A stretch of DNA of 26,275 nucleotides, from NCBI GenBank assembly GCA_905236445.1, contig CAJOPQ010000067.1, positions 1 to 26,275 of the forward strand, given 5' to 3'. The position numbers and the translations under genes were made by a program. Source of the stretch: an uncultured Clostridia bacterium (GTDB taxonomy: Bacteria > Bacillota > Clostridia > Christensenellales > UBA1242). This document shows positions 8,251 to 14,833 of the stretch, one piece after another; the first letter of the stretch is position 1; each line of letters opens with the position of its first letter. A model generated the notes under the pieces. That model had not been told where the DNA came from. It saw only the letters and a list, made by a program, of their open reading frames with translations, and did not search any database.

Positions 8251-8340
8251 ACTACCATCGGTCAGCCTTTAGCACCTTGCTTATGTTGCAGGTTGCTGTG
8301 TGGTCATAGGGGCTGTCCCTCGCACACTCTTTATGGATAC
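8251..8340 (-). ncRNA. SAM-I-class (S-box) riboswitch aptamer, P4-less variant
   Basis: Minus strand CCATAAAGAG-TGTGCGAGGGACAGCCCCTATGACCACAC-AGCAACC-TGCAACATAAGCA-AGGTGCTAA-AGGCTGAC-CGATGG. It has the AAGAG junction, kink-turn P2, GCAACC/GGTGC P3 core and a CAGC/GCTG pseudoknot, and sits upstream of metK. Confidence 0.9.
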
Positions 8341-8344
8341 TTGT

Positions 8345-8373
8345 ATTATATTAAAATATTTTTATATTGTCAA
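8345..8373 (-). promoter_or_regulatory. SigA-type promoter of the SAM riboswitch-metK unit
   Basis: Perfect consensus on the minus strand: TTGACA (8368-8373), 17 bp, TATAAT (8345-8350). Confidence 0.9.
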
Positions 8374-8533
8374 ACATTTATTTTTGCCTAAGTGTATAAA
8401 AACATTGTTATTAACAACAAAGAACACACTTTTTGTAAAATAAATTTAAATATAAAAATATTAGTAAAATGATTTTTTGTGTGGTATACTAAAATTGACT
8501 ATATGGTACAAACCAAATTAGGAGAAATGGAAA

Positions 8534-10597
8534 ATGATTAATTTAATACTTGCAGCAGCTACAGAAAGATATGACCAGACTACGTTGTATGGTAAGTTTA
8601 TTAATTTTGTAGAAAGTCTTGCAAATAATCTAAGTGAAACGGTATTGATGTTCGTTGCGCTAGGCTTGATAGTGTTGATCACGGCAATTGTCCTTATTGC
8701 TAGGAGAAATACTTATGAGAAAAAACTTATGAAGAGTGTCAAGTCAATAAATGGTTTCTTGAGCAAGAATCCATACATTAATGAAGAAAATTTGGTAGAG
8801 TTGAATGCTAAGATGAAGACATCTCCGAAGGCGCTTCGTCATTCTTGGCAAGAATATATGTTGAATAGAGACAAGTTGCCTAGCGAATACATGAATACAG
8901 AGACGGTTATAGATCATCCAAGCAAGGCAAGTGGATACAAGACAAGTATCAAGATTGCAAAGATTCTATATATAATTTTTTCTATTTTGATATCTTTGGT
9001 GTTATTTGCAAGATCGCTATCTAGGGAAGTCGTTGATATTAATACGTATGTAGTAGGAACATTGTTCGATACAGTTCTAATTCCGGGATTGATGTTGTTT
9101 TTGGGATTCCTAATTATTGCTATCATGGAATCAACTTATGCGTCATTTACCAATGATCTATATTATGAATTTAGAGAATTCCAAGGATATATTAACAAGG
9201 CTTGTACAACAATGCCTCCATATATTGATTATGAAATTCTATTTACCCCTAAAGAAATCAAAGACGGTATTTCTGTATTACAAGAATACTTAGATAAGAA
9301 AGCTATTCAGGATCAGAAAGACAAGGAAGAAGAAGAATTAAATAATCAAAATTACGAGAAGTTTGATTTCGATGAGTTGGGAGTGGAAGGATCTATTTTG
9401 CTAGAACGTGCAATGACCGAATGCGAGAAATATTTCAATATTAAGCGTAATTTGGTTGAAAGGCGTACAAGCAAAGAGCAGGAAATTGCGAATTATTCTA
9501 AGAACTTTGATGATGTAACTAAGGATTTCGAGAGGAAATCTCAAACAATTAGAGAGAGTATGAATCAGATCACTGAGCAATTGAATAATACTTCTGTTAA
9601 GATTGAGGCGAATTATTTAAAGAAAAGATATGATGAGGAGCAACAGAAGCTACAACAATTGGAGAAAGACCATCAGTTATCTGAAGCAAGATTTAAAAAA
9701 CAACAGACAGAGTTGCAGGAAGAATTAGATGCAATTGATGAAGAAGTCGAATCTAGAAGAAAGAAGCTAGAAGCAATAATGTTGTCTGAGGGCAAGAGTT
9801 ATTCTAACAAAATATATGGCTTAATCAATGAGATTGTTAACAAGCAGAACGAGCCTCATTTCAAAGAATTAGAAGAACAGAAAGTTGTAATGCAGAATGA
9901 AATAGACAACATGACGCAGAAGATTTCTTCTTATGAGTTGGAGATTAACAACAAGTCAGAACAGATTGCAGGATTAGAAAAGGATTTAGGTCAGAAATTG
10001 GCTCAAATTGAGACAATAGATAGTGTTAAAGAGTACTTTGGTTCCGATGAGTTTAGAAAGCGTGTATCGCTATCTAAGGGTGCAAAAGAATTCCAAGGAT
10101 ATGATGATGCAGACGAACTTAGGGCAAAACTTCTGCATGCAGAGGAACAGTTAATGCTTACTAATGAGAAGTTGCAACAGGTGGAGAATAGGAACAAAGA
10201 AGTTGTCAACGAGAACGACTCGTTAAGAAAGCAAGAGAAGGCTATAGTTGAAGAAGCAAATAAACAGATAAAGAAAGCGAATGAGGAAAGGCTGGATAAT
10301 GTAGACTTTGATAAAATTTCTGAAGAAATGATTAAGACTGCCGAGCAGAAAAACGCTCAAGCTGAGGAGAAAAATACCAAAGCGGAGCAGAAAAACGCTC
10401 AAGCTGAGGAGAAAAATACCAAAGCAGAGCAGAAAAATACTCAAGCAGATGAAAAAGAAAAGCAGGCCAAGAAATCTGTCAATGATTTGAAAGATAAGAT
10501 GAATAGTATCAACTCAAATAAAACCTCTAACACAAAAAGTTTGCAAGAATCTATGAATAGATTAAAAAATTCTAAATCAAAACTTAATGAAAAATAA
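8534..10597 (+). CDS. Membrane protein with three predicted TM helices and a long (~450 aa) coiled-coil tail; ZorA/MotA-like architecture
   Basis: Hydrophobic segments at about aa 37-55, 141-159 and 176-197, followed by E/K/Q-rich heptad sequence to the C-terminus. AGGAG SD and an extended -10 TGGTATACT at 8482-8490. The gene is certain; the family is speculative. Confidence 0.8.
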   Translation: MINLILAAATERYDQTTLYGKFINFVESLANNLSETVLMFVALGLIVLITAIVLIARRNTYEKKLMKSVKSINGFLSKNPYINEENLVELNAKMKTSPKALRHSWQEYMLNRDKLPSEYMNTETVIDHPSKASGYKTSIKIAKILYIIFSILISLVLFARSLSREVVDINTYVVGTLFDTVLIPGLMLFLGFLIIAIMESTYASFTNDLYYEFREFQGYINKACTTMPPYIDYEILFTPKEIKDGISVLQEYLDKKAIQDQKDKEEEELNNQNYEKFDFDELGVEGSILLERAMTECEKYFNIKRNLVERRTSKEQEIANYSKNFDDVTKDFERKSQTIRESMNQITEQLNNTSVKIEANYLKKRYDEEQQKLQQLEKDHQLSEARFKKQQTELQEELDAIDEEVESRRKKLEAIMLSEGKSYSNKIYGLINEIVNKQNEPHFKELEEQKVVMQNEIDNMTQKISSYELEINNKSEQIAGLEKDLGQKLAQIETIDSVKEYFGSDEFRKRVSLSKGAKEFQGYDDADELRAKLLHAEEQLMLTNEKLQQVENRNKEVVNENDSLRKQEKAIVEEANKQIKKANEERLDNVDFDKISEEMIKTAEQKNAQAEEKNTKAEQKNAQAEEKNTKAEQKNTQADEKEKQAKKSVNDLKDKMNSINSNKTSNTKSLQESMNRLKNSKSKLNEK
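10340..10465 (+). repeat. Intragenic 21-bp tandem repeat (six units, 42-bp higher-order period) encoding heptads
   Basis: Encodes AEQKNAQ AEEKNTK AEQKNAQ AEEKNTK AEQKNTQ ADEKEKQ. Units 1-2 and 3-4 are nearly identical at the DNA level. Confidence 0.9.
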
Positions 10598-10603
10598 AAA
10601 TAT

Positions 10604-10636
10604 GGGGAAGATAATAATATAGTCTTCCTCTTTTTT
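10604..10636 (+). terminator. Intrinsic terminator
   Basis: GGGGAAGA/TCTTCCTC stem followed by T6. Confidence 0.65.
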
Positions 10637-10658
10637 CTTTTATAAGCTTCTGCGTTTT

Positions 10659-10804
10659 ATGGAGCACAGAGTGATGGAGCACACAGTGATGGAGCACAGA
10701 GTGATGGAGCACACAGTGCTCCGCTACGGTTATTGGATATCAATGGAGCACACAGTGCTCCGCTACGATTATGGATATTATGGAGCACACAGTGCTCCGC
10801 TACG
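10659..10804. repeat. Cluster of GTAG-tagged palindromic (REP-like) repeats
   Basis: Three exact 25-bp copies of ATGGAGCACACAGTGCTCCGCTACG (10704-10728, 10743-10767, 10780-10804), preceded by three truncated 15-bp copies ATGGAGCACA(C/G)AGTG. The minus strand reads GTAG-C-GGAGCAC-TGT-GTGCTCC. Confidence 0.85.
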
Positions 10805-10836
10805 GAGTATTATTATTGCAGGGTGTTGTAATTTAT

Positions 10837-10865
10837 TTGACTATAAGATAATATTCTGTTATAAC
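10837..10865 (+). promoter_or_regulatory. SigA-type promoter of the Ig-like lipoprotein gene
   Basis: TTGACT (10837-10842), 17 bp, TATAAC (10860-10865) with extended -10 TG. Confidence 0.65.
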
Positions 10866-10897
10866 AAATATAGATATATAAAAGAGGGAAAACATTT

Positions 10898-11437
10898 ATG
10901 AGAAAGGGATTATGGAAGAGTATAGCAATTGGAGCAGTTGCATTAGTTTCGGCAATTGGAGTTGTGGCATGTGGCGACAACGATTCTAACTATTGTGTGG
11001 AAGGTACAACAACCTATTTTATCAACGACACTCTAGTTGTAGATAACTTAAAATTAAAGATTGGGAAAAATGTAGTTAATGTAACATCAGACATGATTAA
11101 GAATCTAGATCAGATTGATATGTCAACTGCAGGGACTAAAATAATAACCATAGAATATAACGGTGTAACTTATGAATATACTATCGAAGTTCGAGCCAAT
11201 ACAGTAACTAAGATAGAATTAAAAGATGGATATACGGTCACTTATGTTGTTGGAGAAGATTTTCAACCTCAAGCTACAATTATTGTTACTAGACTAAAAG
11301 GAAATACTGAGGAAGTAAAAGTAACATATAGTATGATAACCAATATTCCAGACATGACAGTGGTGGGAGAGCATACAGTAACAATATCATATGAAGATAG
11401 ACAATGCTCATATACAATAAATGTAACAGAAGAATAG
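10898..11437 (+). CDS. Lipoprotein with two bacterial Ig-like (Big_3-type) domains
   Basis: Signal peptide ending in lipobox VVAC. Two repeats of the pattern Y.VG..F...V.....MI....DMST/VxG.KxxTIxY.GxxxxYTIxV. Confidence 0.8.
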   Translation: MRKGLWKSIAIGAVALVSAIGVVACGDNDSNYCVEGTTTYFINDTLVVDNLKLKIGKNVVNVTSDMIKNLDQIDMSTAGTKIITIEYNGVTYEYTIEVRANTVTKIELKDGYTVTYVVGEDFQPQATIIVTRLKGNTEEVKVTYSMITNIPDMTVVGEHTVTISYEDRQCSYTINVTEE

Positions 11438-11445
11438 ACTAAGAA

Positions 11446-11478
11446 TATGCTAGCACAATTTTGCTAGCATAGTTTTTT
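11446..11478 (+). terminator. Intrinsic terminator
   Basis: TATGCTAGCA/TGCTAGCATA perfect 10-bp stem followed by T6. Confidence 0.85.
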
Positions 11479-11863
11479 CGATTTTAAGATAATTTTATTT
11501 TTTTATTAATAGGATAGGATAAATGGAAAAAACAACCAAAATATTATTATGTGTAGTATCCAAGAAAATAATATAGCATATGATAGTGATAAAAAAGAAT
11601 ATTTTGTGACAGGCTTATTGAAAATTTTTACAATAGATAGGTTAGTGTTACAAATGGCGTAAGCAGATTGTAGTGTCTACGAGTATTTTACAAGCAGTTA
11701 TGGTTATGCTGGAAATAATTATGTTTACAAACGGAGTGATGCGTAGCTTAGACACACAAAACATCGTGCCGTGTTGTTGACAGTCAATTTTCATCTATCT
11801 TAATTGAATATATAAATCACATATTAATCAAGAGAATCTATCAATGCACTGCGTTATATTTGA

Positions 11864-11893
11864 TTGACATAAATATATTTTGTGGACTATAAT
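11864..11893 (+). promoter_or_regulatory. SigA-type promoter of the lgt operon
   Basis: TTGACA (11864-11869), 18 bp, TATAAT (11888-11893). Confidence 0.7.
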
Positions 11894-11933
11894 AATGTGA
11901 AAGTACAAGATTCGATGAAAGGAAGATAACTTT

Positions 11934-12779
11934 ATGAAATTTAACAAGAATACATTTAGCATTGCAGGTGCTGAATTCAATACAAGAAATGGTCTTATTA
12001 CACTTGCGGTATCGGCAGGCGTGTTGGCTATATTAATATTTCTCAAGTTGGTTGGTGTTAATTTTAGTTGGTATGGTGTTCTCATTGGTGTTGCATTCTT
12101 ACTTGCGCTGGCTTTTAGCGTCAAATATTGCAAATATAGGGATTTGAAATCCGATCTACCATATGACCTTATATGGTGGATATTTCCACTTAGTTTGATT
12201 GGTGCTAGGGTATATTATTGTATATTCAACAATAGTTTCGACATGTTTTTTGATTTTAGCAAAGGTGGTCTAGCTGTCTATGGTGGAATTATTGGTGGCA
12301 CTATTGGATTAGTAATTTGCTGTTTGATTAAGAAAGTCAACATTTTGAAGACAATGGACGTAGTTGCTCCTGTGTTAATTCTAGGTCAAGCGATAGGTAG
12401 AATAGGTTGTTATACTGCTGGTTGTTGTTATGGCTCCGAAGTGACTAACAAGGCTTTGCAATGGTTTCCTATTGCATACTATGTTCATGGAGGTTGGCAT
12501 CTTGCAACGTTTTTCTGGGAGAGTATGTTGTGTCTTATAGGATTCTTCGTGCTTGCTATGTTATTAAGGAAGTATAGGAGCACTGGTCTTATTGCTAGTT
12601 GTTATTTATTTTATTATGGCATAGTTAGATATTTTACAGAAAGTTTTAGAGATACTAGTGCACAATTATTTATTGGCAGTCAGCCTGTTTCGAAGTGGCT
12701 TAGTTTATTTCTAGTAATTTTGGGTACAATAGGAATAGTAATTATTGTATTAAAGGAAAGAAAGAAAAATCAGATTTGA
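11934..12779 (+). CDS. lgt: Prolipoprotein diacylglyceryl transferase
   Basis: WYG, IGARVYY, GGLAVYGGIIGG, LGQAIGRIGCYTAGCCYG, YGIVRYFTESFRD motifs in a multi-TM protein. Confidence 0.92.
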   Translation: MKFNKNTFSIAGAEFNTRNGLITLAVSAGVLAILIFLKLVGVNFSWYGVLIGVAFLLALAFSVKYCKYRDLKSDLPYDLIWWIFPLSLIGARVYYCIFNNSFDMFFDFSKGGLAVYGGIIGGTIGLVICCLIKKVNILKTMDVVAPVLILGQAIGRIGCYTAGCCYGSEVTNKALQWFPIAYYVHGGWHLATFFWESMLCLIGFFVLAMLLRKYRSTGLIASCYLFYYGIVRYFTESFRDTSAQLFIGSQPVSKWLSLFLVILGTIGIVIIVLKERKKNQI

Positions 12780-13159
12780 AAAAAATCCACATTCAAGCCA
12801 TTGTAGACGTTCTGGCATTAGTAATATTTGGTAGTATATTTGTAATAAATCTGGAATTTGCGACACAGTATTGGCTAATCTGCTACATAGGAATGATCAT
12901 AGTTGTTCTACTTAGCAAGACGATATTGTATCACAGGCAAAATATGCTCTTTTTCTTAATATGTAGTATCTGTTATTTTGTACTTTTGCTAATTTTTGGT
13001 GGCAGGATAATAGATGTGTCAATTACAAAGATTATAGGGTATATTATAATTGTTCCATCTGTCATATCTTGTATATTTTATATTTTTACTAAGATGGCGT
13101 TTCAGCTGAGATTTGGCTTGTTTTTGGGACTGATTGCAATTGTTTTACTGATAACATAA
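12776..13159 (+). CDS. Hypothetical 4-TM membrane protein
   Basis: TTG start overlaps the lgt stop (TTGA, 4-nt overlap). Four hydrophobic segments; ends 22 bp before the next gene. Confidence 0.7.
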   Translation: MKKIHIQAIVDVLALVIFGSIFVINLEFATQYWLICYIGMIIVVLLSKTILYHRQNMLFFLICSICYFVLLLIFGGRIIDVSITKIIGYIIIVPSVISCIFYIFTKMAFQLRFGLFLGLIAIVLLIT

Positions 13160-13181
13160 AAGAGAGTTAGTTTGAATAAAT

Positions 13182-14024
13182 ATGGCGAAATTTGAGATAG
13201 ACAAAAGTGGCTATAACATTAGCCAAGTAGATGAATATATTGATAGTCTTACATTGAAATACGAAAAGAGATTGTCCGAGCAAAAGGACAAACTTTTTGC
13301 TCTTAAGAATGAATATAACATGCTAGAGACTAATTTAAGCGAAAGTAAGCTAAAAGAGGAAGAGGTATCAAAAGCATTACTTTTTGCTGTAGAGAAATCT
13401 GAACAAATTGAGAAAAGTTCTAAAAAGATATATGACCTTGAAGTTAGAAGAATGAGATTGATGTATGCCAAGTGGAAGGACATGCTGGCGCAATTTGACA
13501 AGAACACTCTATATAGCATGCAAAATGGTAAAGTAGGGGTAGCGTTGCAAGATTTCGGTAACGACCTTGACATGATTGTTAAGCAAAATGAGGAGTTTGA
13601 TAATAACAGGCCAGAAGATAAATCTGTGAAAGATAGTCTTAAGGAAAATAGCAGTAATTATATTAAAAATTTGCTTAATAGAATGGAATACTTAATTGAG
13701 ACTGAGCCAAGCAAAGAAGAAGTGGAGAAAAGTAAGGCGAAAAAGTTGCCAAAACAGACCAAAGCAAGTACTGATCTAAGCGAAACAACAAAGAAAGAAA
13801 ATGCAAGATTGCTTAGTATTAGTAGAAAACTGAATAGCATATCGCAGAAACTTAGTCTTAAATCTGGACCAGATATCTTAGATGACGACTTGTCTAACGA
13901 CAATGCATATTTCCGCAATCTAACAAGAAATATCAACGAGGAAGATGAGTCTTTTGACCTTGATGCTATTCTTAATCCAAAAGAAGATCTTGCTGAAATA
14001 ATGAAGGCTTTTGACGAGATTTGA
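13182..14024 (+). CDS. DivIVA domain-containing coiled-coil protein
   Basis: N-terminal FEIDKSGYNISQVDEYIDSL resembles the DivIVA/GpsB F..rGY....VD.fl motif and is followed by coiled coil. The C-terminus is acidic (FDLDAILNPKEDLAEIMKAF). Confidence 0.7.
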   Translation: MAKFEIDKSGYNISQVDEYIDSLTLKYEKRLSEQKDKLFALKNEYNMLETNLSESKLKEEEVSKALLFAVEKSEQIEKSSKKIYDLEVRRMRLMYAKWKDMLAQFDKNTLYSMQNGKVGVALQDFGNDLDMIVKQNEEFDNNRPEDKSVKDSLKENSSNYIKNLLNRMEYLIETEPSKEEVEKSKAKKLPKQTKASTDLSETTKKENARLLSISRKLNSISQKLSLKSGPDILDDDLSNDNAYFRNLTRNINEEDESFDLDAILNPKEDLAEIMKAFDEI

Positions 14025-14086
14025 TGAAAATATAGCCTATTACATATAATTAATAAAATAACATATAGAAAATTTTCAAAAAATAC

Positions 14087-14115
14087 TTTACAACAAATAT
14101 TATTTATGATATTAT
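14087..14115 (+). promoter_or_regulatory. Putative SigA-type promoter with no gene between it and the next terminator
   Basis: TTTACA (14087-14092), 17 bp, TATTAT (14110-14115) with extended -10 TG. Confidence 0.4.
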
Positions 14116-14135
14116 ACAAGTACTACTTTAGATTG

Positions 14136-14160
14136 AAAAAAGGTGTTCGCGCCTTTTTTT
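14136..14160 (+). terminator. Intrinsic terminator with UUCG loop
   Basis: AAAAAAGGTG-TTCG-CGCCTTTTTTT. Confidence 0.8.
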
Positions 14161-14173
14161 GTTATGAATTGTA

Positions 14174-14202
14174 TTGACAAAAGTCTACTATTATGATAGA
14201 AT
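14174..14202 (+). promoter_or_regulatory. SigA-type promoter of rpmG-secE-nusG
   Basis: TTGACA (14174-14179), 17 bp, TAGAAT (14197-14202) with extended -10 TG. Confidence 0.85.
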
Positions 14203-14243
14203 TTCAATCGGTAAAATTAACTTAATGTTTAAGGAGAAATGTC

Positions 14244-14393
14244 ATGAGAGAAACTATTACTTTGGAATGCACAGAGTGCAAGAGAAGAAATTATACTACT
14301 GAGAAGAACAAAAAGAATGATCCAGATAGAATAACAGTTAATAAATATTGCAGTTTTTGCAAGAAACATACTACTCACAAAGAGACTAAGTAA
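14244..14393 (+). CDS. rpmG: 50S ribosomal protein L33, zinc-binding (C+) form; missing from the ORF track
   Basis: [49 protein letters not shown]. Two CxxC pairs; AAGGAG SD; lies directly upstream of secE. Confidence 0.97.
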   Translation: MRETITLECTECKRRNYTTEKNKKNDPDRITVNKYCSFCKKHTTHKETK

Positions 14394-14416
14394 TAATAAC
14401 TTGTAAGGAGTCTATA

Positions 14417-14737
14417 ATGGCTAAAAATAAGAATAAAAATGTTGAAAGCAATGTTGATAACAAAGAAGTTGCTACAACAACCAAAACAAAAGATGTAAAG
14501 GCTAAAGACGCAAAAGCTAAAGATGCCAAAAAGGCAAAGAAGCAGAAGTCTGATAAGAAAGGTGTAGGACAGAAGTCAAAAGAGTTGTATAGCGAATTGA
14601 AGAAAGTATCTTGGCCATCATTTGGCAAAGTCGTAAAGACAACTGGTGTGGTTATATTACTTGTTGCTATATGCACACTACTTCTTTTTGGCGCCGACAG
14701 ATTGTTCTATTGGATATTTAGCTTATTAATGGGCTAG
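14417..14737 (+). CDS. secE: Preprotein translocase subunit SecE with a Lys-rich N-terminal extension
   Basis: ELKKVSWPSFGKVVKTTGVVI followed by one TM; canonical position between rpmG and nusG. Confidence 0.93.
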   Translation: MAKNKNKNVESNVDNKEVATTTKTKDVKAKDAKAKDAKKAKKQKSDKKGVGQKSKELYSELKKVSWPSFGKVVKTTGVVILLVAICTLLLFGADRLFYWIFSLLMG

Positions 14738-14833
14738 GTCCGTATATCTTAAAAATCTATAAAAGGAAATAAGTTCTATAAGGAAATTATGTCGATATAA
14801 TTTTCTTTGAAAAACTTGAATTGTAGAAAGAGT

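Noticed and set aside
8207-8340. Classification as a SAM-IV or SAM-I/IV riboswitch
   Set aside because: Only a 3-bp candidate P5 (TAG/CTA) and no downstream complement to loop L3 were found, so the defining PK-2 subdomain is not supported.
10659-10804. CRISPR array
   Set aside because: The linkers between 25-bp palindromic units are only 12-14 bp and resemble each other, the first units have no spacer at all, and no cas gene is in the window. A REP-like cluster fits better.
10659-10901. 80-aa ORF MEHRVMEHTV...
   Set aside because: It is the translation of the DNA repeat, has no SD, and runs through the promoter of the real gene at 10898.
8534-11437. Complete Zorya defence system
   Set aside because: No ZorB (MotB/OmpA-like), ZorC, ZorD or ZorE gene is present. 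The downstream gene is an Ig-like lipoprotein behind a terminator and its own promoter.
14025-14243. tRNA gene upstream of rpmG-secE
   Set aside because: No cloverleaf or T-loop GTTCRA in a tRNA context. The GTTCGC here is the loop of a terminator hairpin.
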